Below, piece by piece: positions 26,025 through 35,558 of a stretch of DNA of 64,000 bases. The notes beneath the pieces were generated by a model. The model was not told the DNA's origin, made no database searches, and saw nothing but the letters and a program-made list of their open reading frames with translations. The DNA is from an uncultured Eubacteriales bacterium (GTDB lineage Bacteria > Bacillota > Clostridia > Christensenellales > CAG-138): positions 95,179-159,178 of the forward strand of contig CACWYB010000004.1 of the NCBI GenBank assembly GCA_902765005.1, read 5' to 3'. Within the stretch, counting starts at the first letter, position 1. Each line of letters starts with the position of its first letter. The translations under genes were made by a program, and so were the position numbers.

Positions 26025-27131
26025 ATGAAGGAAACCCTGCGCCCCGGCGACCACGGCCGGGCGGTGAAGGAGCTGAATGAGGAGCTGCGTGCCCTGGGCT
26101 ACGAGGCGGGAGCCGCCGATCGGTTCACCCAGGCCACGGCCCGGGGTCTCTATGCCCTCCAACAGGACCGGGGTCTGCCCGCCACCGGGGAGGGGGACGG
26201 CCGCACCAGGAGCCTGCTGTTTCTCCTGTCCTGCAACGACCCGGGGGAAGCCTTCTACGGGGATGCGGACGGGGACGGTCAGCTCACCGTGAAGGACGTG
26301 GGCGTGATCCTCAGGAGCGTCATCGCCGGCAAGAGAGCTCCCACTGTGGCCCTGGACGCGGACGGCAGCGGCAAGGTGGACCTGAAGGACGCCCTGTATC
26401 TTATTAAGTGCCTGACGGGCCGGACAGCACCCAAGCCCAACGCCCCCTGGATCGACCGGGCCGAGGGCCTGGGGGAGGACGCGAAAAAGGCTGTGAACGA
26501 GGCGCTTTTGACCGTGTCGCCCCTGCGGCGGCAGCTGGTGGAGGCGGCCCTGCCCTTTAGCTACGACCCCCACGGCGCCGAGACAGCGGCCTTTCCCAAG
26601 AGCCTGTATATCTGGGGCGCCAACCTCTACGGCCCGGACAAAGCCCTCTACTGCCCCACCTCCGCCGGGGTGGAGCTGCTCGCCGCCCGCAAGCCTGCCT
26701 TCTTCACCGGCGGCCGCCGGGAGATGATGCTCTCGGCCATCCAGAACGCCGCCGCCCTGAGCATGCCTCTCTCCGGGGCGGATTGCTCCGGGGCCATCGT
26801 GGGCTTGTGGCGCAAGTTCGATCTGGTGGAGCCCGCCTTCGACGCCATCGCCAACCGGCTCCTGCAGCCGCCCCTGTCCCGGCCCATTGCCCGGGAGGAG
26901 CTGCTCCCCGGGGACCTGGTGGGCTTCGACGGCCACATCGGCCTCTACGCCGGAGCGGGCCGGGTCATCGAGTGGGTGGGCGGCGCCTTCGGCTGCCAGC
27001 TGACCCGGCTTCAGGGCCGCTGCTGCTGGTCCTTCACGGAGCAAAAGCTCATCCCCATGCAGAAGGACTTTGAAGTCTTCGCCCGACCCTTCTTCTTCAT
27101 TGACGGGGAAGGGGAAAACAGATATAATTAA
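26025..27131 (+). CDS. PG-binding domain / dockerin-like Ca-binding repeats / NlpC-P60 cysteine peptidase, no signal peptide
   Basis: The N-terminal block LRPGDHGRAVKELNEELRALGY..GLYALQQDRGL matches PG_binding_1. DADGDGQLTVKD and DADGSGKVDLKDALYLIKC are dockerin/EF-hand-like. The C-terminal region has ADCSGAIVGLW...GDLVGFDGHIGLY, typical of NlpC/P60 Cys...His. Confidence 0.7.
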   Translation: MKETLRPGDHGRAVKELNEELRALGYEAGAADRFTQATARGLYALQQDRGLPATGEGDGRTRSLLFLLSCNDPGEAFYGDADGDGQLTVKDVGVILRSVIAGKRAPTVALDADGSGKVDLKDALYLIKCLTGRTAPKPNAPWIDRAEGLGEDAKKAVNEALLTVSPLRRQLVEAALPFSYDPHGAETAAFPKSLYIWGANLYGPDKALYCPTSAGVELLAARKPAFFTGGRREMMLSAIQNAAALSMPLSGADCSGAIVGLWRKFDLVEPAFDAIANRLLQPPLSRPIAREELLPGDLVGFDGHIGLYAGAGRVIEWVGGAFGCQLTRLQGRCCWSFTEQKLIPMQKDFEVFARPFFFIDGEGENRYN

Positions 27132-27173
27132 CTTTTAAGATCGGGTCTTGTTCGGACCGGAAAGGAAAACACG

Positions 27174-28091
27174 ATGGAAAAAGTAGGTATTGCCATCATT
27201 GGCGGCGGTCCGGCGGGCCTGGCGGCAGGCATCTACGCTGCGCGGGGCGGAGCAAACGTGAAGCTCTTTGAGGAGATGTTCCCCGGCGGGCAGATCGTGA
27301 AGACCCATCGGGTGGAGAACTATCCCGGCATGACCGGCGGCCCCGACGGCTACGCTCTGGCGGCGGCCCTGGAAAAGCATGCGGCGGAGTTCGAGCTGCC
27401 CGTGATCTACGGCGGGGTGAGCGATCTAAAGCTGGCGGAGGATAAAAAGACCTTTTCCGTCAACGGGGAGGCCTATGAAGCGGACGCCGTGATCCTCTGC
27501 ATGGGCGCGGGCCCCCGAAAGCTGGGGAACCCCGAGGAGGATAGGTTCGTGGGGGCGGGCATCAGCTATTGCGCCACCTGCGACGGGGCCTTCTACCGGG
27601 GCAAAGACGTGGCCATCGTGGGCGGCGGCGACACCGCTGTATCCGATGCCCTGTATCTTTCCGCTCTCTGCCGCAAGGTGTATCTTATCCACCGGCGGGA
27701 CGCCTTCCGGGCCGCGGCCACCCTGGTGGACCGGGTGAAGCGGGCCGAGAACGTGGAGCTGGTGCTGGATTCCACCGTGGCCACCCTCATCGGGGAGGAC
27801 AGGCTCACCGGCGTCACCGTGGAGAATAAGTTCACGAAGGAGCGGCGCACCCTGGAAGTGAACGGCCTGTTCGTGGCCGTGGGCATCCTGCCCCGGAACG
27901 AGCTGGTGGCGGGGCAGATCGAGCTGGACGAGGGCGGCTTCATCGTCACCGACAAGAACATGCAGACCAATATCCCCGGCGTTTTTGCCGCCGGCGACAT
28001 CCGCAACACCCCCCTCAGGCAGGTGGTCACTGCCTGCGCCGACGGGGCCATCGCGGCCACCAAAGCCGTGGAATATGTGGGGATGAAATAA
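27174..28091 (+). CDS. trxB: Thioredoxin-disulfide reductase
   Basis: IIGGGPAGLAAGIYAAR, the redox CATCDG motif, and IVGGGDTAVSDALYL. Confidence 0.9.
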   Translation: MEKVGIAIIGGGPAGLAAGIYAARGGANVKLFEEMFPGGQIVKTHRVENYPGMTGGPDGYALAAALEKHAAEFELPVIYGGVSDLKLAEDKKTFSVNGEAYEADAVILCMGAGPRKLGNPEEDRFVGAGISYCATCDGAFYRGKDVAIVGGGDTAVSDALYLSALCRKVYLIHRRDAFRAAATLVDRVKRAENVELVLDSTVATLIGEDRLTGVTVENKFTKERRTLEVNGLFVAVGILPRNELVAGQIELDEGGFIVTDKNMQTNIPGVFAAGDIRNTPLRQVVTACADGAIAATKAVEYVGMK

Positions 28092-28732
28092 TGCTGTTAT
28101 CCGAAGACAAGCGAAAGGAAGCCCTGCGCATCCTATCCGAGCTGTATCCGAACCCCCGGCCGGAACTGCTGTACGAAAGTCCCTATGAGCTGCTGGTGGC
28201 GGTGATGCTCTCCGCCCAGTGCACGGACAAGCAGGTGAACAAGGTGACGCGGGAGCTGTTCAAAGTGGCCAACACCCCCCGGCAGATGATCGCCCTGCCG
28301 GAGGAGAAGCTCATGGACATGATTCACTCCTGCGGGTTCTTCCGCATGAAGGGGAAGCATATTTTGGAGACCTCCCGCATCCTGGCGGAGAAATACGGCG
28401 GGGAGGTGCCCGCGGATCGGGACACCCTGACGGAGCTGCCAGGCGTGGGCAGGAAGACCGCCAACGTGGTGGTGAGCAACGCCTTCCATATCCCGGCCAT
28501 CGCCGTGGACACCCATGTGTTCCGGGTGAGCAATAGGATCGGCCTGGCCGAAGCCAAGACCGTGGAGAAGACCGAGGAGCAGCTCATGGCCCACATCCCC
28601 CAAGAGGACTGGACCGACGCTCACCATTGGCTCATCTTCCACGGGCGTCGGGTGTGCTCGGCCCAGCGGCCCAAGTGCACGGAATGCCCCTTGAATGGGC
28701 TGTGCGATTTCTATACGAGAAAGGAACAATAG
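28091..28732 (+). CDS. nth: Endonuclease III
   Basis: HhH-GPD block LPGVGRKTANVV, catalytic Lys/Asp context, and a C-terminal CX6CX2CX5C [4Fe-4S] cluster (CSAQRPKCTECPLNGLC). Confidence 0.9.
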   Translation: MLLSEDKRKEALRILSELYPNPRPELLYESPYELLVAVMLSAQCTDKQVNKVTRELFKVANTPRQMIALPEEKLMDMIHSCGFFRMKGKHILETSRILAEKYGGEVPADRDTLTELPGVGRKTANVVVSNAFHIPAIAVDTHVFRVSNRIGLAEAKTVEKTEEQLMAHIPQEDWTDAHHWLIFHGRRVCSAQRPKCTECPLNGLCDFYTRKEQ

Positions 28733-30004
28733 ATGGATTTTTTGGATAAGGTCCGCATCGTGGTCAAGGCGGGCAACGGCGGCGACGGCTGCTCCGCCTT
28801 CCACCGGGAGAAGTTTGTTATGAAGGGCGGCCCCTCCGGCGGCGACGGCGGCAACGGCGGCAGCGTCGTTTTCTATGCCGACCCCCGGCTCAACACCCTG
28901 CTGCCCTTCCGCTTCCAGCGGTTCTACCGGGCGGAGAACGGCGGCAAGGGACAGATCGAACTGAAGCGGGGCAAGGACGGGGAGGACATGGTCATCCATG
29001 TGCCCGTGGGCACCGTGGTGCGGGATCGGGAGACCCAGGCCATCGTGGCGGACATGTCTGAGCCGGAGCGGAAGAAGGTGGTTCTTCGGGGCGGCCGGGG
29101 CGGCAAGGGCAACGCCCGCTTCGCCACCCCCACCAAGCAGGCTCCCCAGTTCGCCCAGAACGGCATCAAAACCGAGGAACGGGAGATGGAGCTGGAGCTG
29201 AAGACCATCGCGGACGTGGGCATCATCGGCCTCCCTTCCGTGGGCAAGAGCTCCATTCTTTCCGTGCTCACGGCGGCAAAGCCCAAGATCGCCGCCTATC
29301 ATTTCACCACGTTGACCCCCAACCTGGGCGTGGCGGAGCATAAGGGCAAGAGCTTCGTTATGGCGGATATCCCCGGCCTCATCGAGGGGGCCGCGGAGGG
29401 GGCGGGCCTGGGCCACGACTTCCTTCGCCACATCGAGCGGACCAGGCTCCTCATCCACGTCATCGACGCCTCTGGCATGGAGGGTCGTGACCCGGTGGAG
29501 GATTTCCATAAGATCAACGAGGAGCTGACCAAGTTTTCTCCGGCCCTGGGGGAGCTGACCCAGATCGTGGCGGCCAACAAGATGGACCTGCCCGAGGCCC
29601 AGGAGAACCTGGACAGAATCCAGGCGGCCCTGGACGAGGAGGGGTACACGGTCTATCCCGTGTCCGCCGCCACGGGAGAGGGGTTCGAGGGGATGCTGGA
29701 CGCCGTGATCCAGTTTCTCGACCTGCTGCCGCCGGTGCTGGTGTATCCGGAGACGGAGCTGGAGGTGGCGCCCCGGTATGAAAAGGGGTTCACCCTCACC
29801 CGGGCGGACGACGGGGCCTACGTGCTTTCCGGCGGCGAGGTGGACAAGCTCCTGGACTCCACCGACCCCAACAACGAGGTGAGCATGCGCCGGTTCCAGC
29901 AGATGCTCATCAAGACCGGCATGATCTCCGCCCTGCGGGAGGCGGGCGCCCACGAGGGCGATACCATCCGCTTAGGGGAATGGGAGTTCGATTTTGTGGA
30001 ATAG
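28733..30004 (+). CDS. obg: GTPase Obg/CgtA
   Basis: FLDKVRIVVKAGNGGDGCSAFHREKF..GGPSGGDGGNGG (Obg fold). G motifs seen: GLPSVGKSS, DIPGLIEGA, NKMD. Confidence 0.92.
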   Translation: MDFLDKVRIVVKAGNGGDGCSAFHREKFVMKGGPSGGDGGNGGSVVFYADPRLNTLLPFRFQRFYRAENGGKGQIELKRGKDGEDMVIHVPVGTVVRDRETQAIVADMSEPERKKVVLRGGRGGKGNARFATPTKQAPQFAQNGIKTEEREMELELKTIADVGIIGLPSVGKSSILSVLTAAKPKIAAYHFTTLTPNLGVAEHKGKSFVMADIPGLIEGAAEGAGLGHDFLRHIERTRLLIHVIDASGMEGRDPVEDFHKINEELTKFSPALGELTQIVAANKMDLPEAQENLDRIQAALDEEGYTVYPVSAATGEGFEGMLDAVIQFLDLLPPVLVYPETELEVAPRYEKGFTLTRADDGAYVLSGGEVDKLLDSTDPNNEVSMRRFQQMLIKTGMISALREAGAHEGDTIRLGEWEFDFVE

Positions 30005-30019
30005 AGGAATGTATTGAAA

Positions 30020-30165
30020 GCCCGATCCTTTTTCTTGAAAGAAAAAGGACCAAAAAGAACTTTAGGAAGATAAAAGGCAAACGAACATAGCAAGGCATTC
30101 TTCCTAAGCTTTTCTTTTTCCGCCGCTTTTTCTTTTCACCGAAAAGAAAAAGCGGCAAAGAAAAA
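30020..30165. repeat. Composite three-hairpin repeat (archetype copy)
   Basis: GATCCTTTTTCTTGAAAGAAAAAGGACC, CAAAAAGAAC, a TTTAGGAAG..CTTCCTAAG hairpin, CTTTTCTTTTT, then GCCGCTTTTTCTTTTC-acc-GAAAAGAAAAAGCGGC. Confidence 0.9.
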
Positions 30166-30211
30166 AACACTTGACCTTCCCCCAGCGGGAGGGTGTATAA
30201 GGAGAATAAAC

Positions 30212-30487
30212 ATGACCGGAAAAGAAAGAGCTGCCTTCCGCAAGCAGGCCAACACCCTGACCCCCATCTTCCAGATCGGCAAGGAGGGCCTGTCGGGCAA
30301 CATGCTGGCGGGCATCGACGGGGCGTTGAACAACCGGGAGCTCATCAAGCTCACAGTCCTGGAAAGCTGCGACGAAAGCGCCAAGGACCTGTGCGACACC
30401 ATCTGCCGCGCCCTGAACGCGGAGCCCATCCAGTGCATCGGACGAAAGATCGTCATCTACCGCCAGAAGCCGGAGGAGGACCGATGA
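30212..30487 (+). CDS. yhbY: YhbY-like CRM-domain RNA-binding protein
   Basis: LTGKERAAFRKQANTLTPIFQIGKEGLSGNMLAGIDGALNNRELIKL is the YhbY/CRS1 signature. Confidence 0.85.
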   Translation: MTGKERAAFRKQANTLTPIFQIGKEGLSGNMLAGIDGALNNRELIKLTVLESCDESAKDLCDTICRALNAEPIQCIGRKIVIYRQKPEEDR

Positions 30488-30954
30488 CGGGCGGCTGGGC
30501 GGAGATCTTCGCCCTTCTGAAGGCCTGGCGCTGGCGGGAGCTCCTCTATACGCCCACGGAAAACGGCATCCTCCAGTTCCTGCGCTACCTTATCGTGGGG
30601 GGCTGCGCCTTTCTGGCGGACTTCTGCACGGTGTGGCTGTTGAAGGAGCTGGGCCTGCACTACCTGGTGGCCGGCGTCTTCGGCTTCATCCTGGGCGTCA
30701 TCGTCAACTACATCCTCAGCAAGACCCTTGCCTTCTCCGGCAAGAAGGCCAACATGAGCCGGGAAGCGGAGTTCATGGTGTTCGTGATCATCTCCCTCAT
30801 CGGCCTGGGGCTCACGGAGCTGCTGATGTGGGTCTTCACCGACGGCCTGGGCCTCTTCTACCTGCTCTCCAAGGCCATCGCGGCGGTCATCGTGCTGCTG
30901 TGGAACTTCTTCGCCAAAAAATTCATGTACCGAAAGAAACCAAACAAGGAGTAA
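30484..30954 (+). CDS. GtrA-family membrane protein
   Basis: ATGA overlap with yhbY. It contains QFLRYLIVGGCAFLADF...NYILSKTLAF...WNFFAKKFMY and 4 TM segments. Confidence 0.8.
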   Translation: MTGGWAEIFALLKAWRWRELLYTPTENGILQFLRYLIVGGCAFLADFCTVWLLKELGLHYLVAGVFGFILGVIVNYILSKTLAFSGKKANMSREAEFMVFVIISLIGLGLTELLMWVFTDGLGLFYLLSKAIAAVIVLLWNFFAKKFMYRKKPNKE

Positions 30955-30959
30955 AGGGT

Positions 30960-31669
<710 letters not shown>

Positions 31670-31673
<4 letters not shown>

Positions 31674-33259
31674 AACAGGTTCTCCCCCTCATCCGCATCC
31701 AGCTGATGGAATACTTCCCCTTCGCCGCCGTGAAGAACACCACGGACGCGGGGGCCAAGAAGCGCGCCAAGCGCCGGCTCACATCCACTTTCGTGCTCTT
31801 CGGCGCCTGCGTGTACATGTCTGCGGTCTACAGCATGGGCATGCTGGATGGTCTGAACGGCACCGGGTATCTGCTGATCCCGGCCCTCATGCTGGTCATG
31901 GGCTCGGTCCTGGGCGCTATCACCACCCTGACCAAGGCCGGCCCGGCCCTCTTCTCCGCCGCCTCCCTGGATCCGCTGCTGGCGCTTCCCCTGCCCCGGC
32001 GGACGGTGATCCTCTCCCGCGTCTTCTCCCTCTATTTTGAAGAGCTGCTCATCCACGCGGGCATGCTCCTCACCGCCGGCGTCTGCTGCCAGATCCGCGT
32101 GGGCGCCCTGCCCGCCGCCTTCTGGCCGGTGCTGGTGCTCACGGTGTTCTTCGCTCCCCTGCTGCCGCTGGGCGTCGGCGGCCTTATCGGCCTGTTCGTG
32201 GCCATGCTCACGGCCCGGATGAAGAACAAAAACCTCTTCACCACCGTGTTCTCCATGCTCTTTCTGCTGCTGGTCATGTTCTTCTCCTTCAACGCGGGCA
32301 CCATGTTCAGCGACATGTCCTCCATTGCCGGGAGCCTGCAGACCCGCCTCTTCAGCCTCTATCCCCCGGCTCGCCTCTTTTGCCAGGGCCTGAGCGGAGA
32401 TTCCTTGTCCTTCCTGCTCTTTGCCCTCATCTCCCTGGCGGCCCTGGGGCTGCTGTGCTTCGTGGCGGTGAAGGGCTTTGCCTTCTTCTACGGCGCCATC
32501 AATGCCACCGCCAAGGGCGCCGCCTTCCGCATGGGCCGGCAGAAGCGCTCCGGCGCCTTGCTGACCCTGTGTAAGAAGGAGCTCAAGCAGAAGCTGAACA
32601 CCCCTGTTTGGATGATGAACACGGATATGGGCACCGTCATGGCCATCCTGGCCGTCGTGGCGTTGGCGGTGGCCGGCCGCGGCGCGGTGGGCGAAGTGCT
32701 GCAGGAGGTTTTCGGCATCGCCTCCGGCAGCCTGGGGCTCTTCTTCGGCCTCATCATCGGGGCCATCCAGTGCGTGAGCTTGACCGCCTCCGCCGCCGTG
32801 TCCATGGAGGGCAAGGGCCTCTGGCTCATCAAGTCCCTGCCTATCGGCGCGAACACCTGGCTGCGGAGCAAGCTCCTGGTGAGCATGCTTCCCCCGGCTC
32901 TGGGCGGCCTTGTCTGCGGCCTGGTTTTGACCATCGCCTGGGGCCTGCCCGCCTGGAACGTTCCGCTCATCTGGGGCATCAGCGTTCTGTTCGGCTGGGC
33001 TTTCTCCGTGGTGGAGCTGTCCCTTGGCCTCCACTTTGCCCGCTTCGACTGGGAAAACCCCGCCGAAGTGGTGAAGCAGGGGGGCGGGGTGCTGCTGAGC
33101 ATGCTCATCACCATGCTGGTCATGGGCGCCGGTGCGGCCCTGGTCATCTTCCTGGGCGCCTGGGGCGCAGCGGCGCTGTGCCTGCTGCTGTTGCTCGTCG
33201 CATGGCCGATTCGGCTGATCATGGGAAAGCGGGCGGAGAAAATGCTCACGAAGCTTTAA
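31670..33259 (+). CDS. Polytopic ABC-exporter-type permease (uncharacterised family)
   Basis: ATGA overlap with the ATPase gene. It is 529 aa with about 12 hydrophobic segments. Confidence 0.6.
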
Positions 33260-33266
33260 TAATTTC

Positions 33267-33296
33267 GTGACAATTTGTACACATGAATGGTATACT
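33267..33296 (+). promoter_or_regulatory. Promoter with extended -10 upstream of cdaA
   Basis: GTGACA, 18-nt spacer, TGgTATACT. Confidence 0.45.
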
Positions 33297-33337
33297 ATAA
33301 GTAGCTGCAATCTTTTGTAAATCGCAGGTGAGGACAC

Positions 33338-34195
33338 GTGAGCTTTGAGGAAATCTTAAAAACGCTGGGAAGCGGCCTGGGCCAGTTCGGCTGGAACGAC
33401 CTTCTCGACATCATCATCCTGACGGTGCTGCTCTACAAGCTCATCGTCTGGACCAAAGATACCCGCGCCTATGAGGTCATCAAGGGCGTGGGCCTGCTCA
33501 TTCTGTTCTCCGTGGCGGCCCAGTTCCTCAGCCTCTACACGCTGAACTGGCTGCTCAGCTCCATCCTCCAATCCGGTACCATCTTCATCGTCATCTTCAT
33601 CCTCTTCACCCCCGAGATCCGCCGGGTGCTGGAGCGGCTGGGCCGCAGCGGCAAGGCCATCGGCAAGCTTATCAACGAGGCCGGCAACATGGGCGTGGAG
33701 GATCTGGTGGACGACCTGCATAAGACCATCCTTCGCCTGAGCAAGCGCCGGGTGGGCGCCCTCATCGTCTTTGAGCAGAAGACGGGCCTGGGAGACATCA
33801 TCAGCACCGGCACGGCCATCGAGGGCCTGATTTCCGGTCCCCTCATCGAAAACATCTTTGAGCCCAACACGCCCCTCCACGACGGCGCAGTGATCTGCCG
33901 GGGCACCACCCTGGTGGCGGCGGCCTGTTTCCTGCCTCTTTCCGAGGAGACGGGGGTGGCCCGGGAGCTGGGCACCCGGCACCGGGCAGCCCTGGGCGTG
34001 TCCACGGTGTCCGACTGTCTGGCCCTGGTGGTCTCCGAGGAGACCGGCGCCATCTCCCTGGCCCAGGACGGCAAGCTGGTCCGCTATATGGACAGCGTGG
34101 CCCTGCGGAATTTCCTGGAGAGCGTCTTTTTGCGGCGGGGCACCGGCGGCCTTTCCTTCGGCAAGAACCATGCCCGCAGGAAGGAGGAGAAGTAA
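33338..34195 (+). CDS. cdaA: Diadenylate cyclase CdaA
   Basis: GTG start. It has three N-terminal TM segments and a DAC domain (GALIVFE, PLHDGAVI, GTRHRAALG, VVSEETG). Confidence 0.92.
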   Translation: MSFEEILKTLGSGLGQFGWNDLLDIIILTVLLYKLIVWTKDTRAYEVIKGVGLLILFSVAAQFLSLYTLNWLLSSILQSGTIFIVIFILFTPEIRRVLERLGRSGKAIGKLINEAGNMGVEDLVDDLHKTILRLSKRRVGALIVFEQKTGLGDIISTGTAIEGLISGPLIENIFEPNTPLHDGAVICRGTTLVAAACFLPLSEETGVARELGTRHRAALGVSTVSDCLALVVSEETGAISLAQDGKLVRYMDSVALRNFLESVFLRRGTGGLSFGKNHARRKEEK

Positions 34196-34198
34196 GCC

Positions 34199-35497
34199 AT
34201 GAAACGCAGGTTTTTCACTCGAGCCATGCTGGACAGGCTCAAGGGCATCTTCACCCGGAACGTGGGCCTGAAGATCATCGCCTTGGTCTTCGCCCTTCTG
34301 CTTTGGGCCTATGTGCTGGTGGCCCTGAACCCGGTGCGCTCCAAGTCCATCGACGGGGTGCCCATCACCCTGGAGGGCTATACTGACCTTCTGAGCCGGA
34401 ACCTGATTTTGGTGGATTCCGACCTGGGCCTGGCCAACGTGGAGGTCAACGCCACCATCACCAATCATTCCGACCTGGACGAGAGCCGGGTCAACTGCCG
34501 GGCCTCCCTGGGCACCATCTCCGCCGCGGGGAGCTACCGGCTGCCGCTGAGCGCCACGGTTCAGTCCAACCTGGGCACCGTGGCCTCCGTCACCCCCACC
34601 CATGTGACCGTGGAGGTGGACAATCTGATCGTGAAGACCGTCCCTGTGACATTGGTCTTCCGGGGCGCCCTCCCCGAGGGATATGAGGTGGTCAGCGAGA
34701 GTGTGACCAGCAGCATCACCATCGAAGGCGCTGCCCGGTACATCAGCCCCGCGGTCCGAGCCGAGGCCATCGTGGACTTGACGGACAGGACCAGCAACGT
34801 GGAAGAGGCCGTGGACGTGACCTTCTACGATAAGAACGACAACGAGCTCACCGTGGTCACCCGAAGCCAGAACACCCCCAACGTGACCGTGCGGCTCACC
34901 CTGTCCGCCTACAAGCGGGTGACCGTGCAGCAGGCCGTTTCCCTGGCGGACGACACCTACTTCACCCTCAGCAGCGAGGTCACTCCCGGCACCGTGATCC
35001 TCTATGGGCCCAGCGAGACCTTGGCAGCCATCGACACCGTCTCCACGGAAACGCTGGTGCTGCCGGCGGAGGAGGACATCCTTTCCCGGCAGCTGTCCCT
35101 GGTGCTGCCCGAGGGCGTGTCTTTGCGGCGGGGCCAAAGCAGCCTGGTCACCGTTTCCGTCACGGTAACGGAAAAGACCGGGGAGCGGACGCTGGACATC
35201 CCCCTCACCTATCAGCGCATGAAGCGGGATCTGACCCTGGCGGACGGCGCCCCCACCTTCGTGACCGTGGTGGCCTCCGGGCCCGAGCGTCAGCTGGATC
35301 AGCTGACGGTGGATCAGTTCACTGCCCAGGTGGATCTCTCCACCTACGGGGCCGGGGAGTGGGAGCTGGTGCCTGTGTTCCAGTGGTCCGGCAGCGGCCG
35401 CCTGCCCGATCTTACGGTCGGCCTGCGGGAGGAGCGGATCACGGTGACCCTCAACAGCACCGCCGAACCGGAGGCGACCATCGCCCCTACCCCCTAA
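34199..35497 (+). CDS. cdaR: CdaR (YbbR-domain) regulator of CdaA
   Basis: It has an N-terminal TM (LKIIALVFALLLWAYV) followed by repeated YbbR-like beta domains. It sits directly downstream of cdaA. Confidence 0.85.
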   Translation: MKRRFFTRAMLDRLKGIFTRNVGLKIIALVFALLLWAYVLVALNPVRSKSIDGVPITLEGYTDLLSRNLILVDSDLGLANVEVNATITNHSDLDESRVNCRASLGTISAAGSYRLPLSATVQSNLGTVASVTPTHVTVEVDNLIVKTVPVTLVFRGALPEGYEVVSESVTSSITIEGAARYISPAVRAEAIVDLTDRTSNVEEAVDVTFYDKNDNELTVVTRSQNTPNVTVRLTLSAYKRVTVQQAVSLADDTYFTLSSEVTPGTVILYGPSETLAAIDTVSTETLVLPAEEDILSRQLSLVLPEGVSLRRGQSSLVTVSVTVTEKTGERTLDIPLTYQRMKRDLTLADGAPTFVTVVASGPERQLDQLTVDQFTAQVDLSTYGAGEWELVPVFQWSGSGRLPDLTVGLREERITVTLNSTAEPEATIAPTP

Positions 35498-35511
35498 CGA
35501 ACAGCAAGCTG

Positions 35512-35540
35512 CCCGGCCGCCGGATGGCGGTCGGGTTTTT
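35512..35540 (+). terminator. Rho-independent terminator
   Basis: CCCGGCCGCC-ggat-GGCGGTCGGG followed by TTTTT. Confidence 0.75.
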
Positions 35541-35558
35541 ATTCGAGGAAAAACGCTC

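Noticed and set aside
26025-27131. Prophage endolysin or prophage remnant.
   Set aside because: The domain make-up is endolysin-like, but no holin, portal, terminase, integrase or att-like repeats flank it. The neighbours are housekeeping genes (eamA, trxB).
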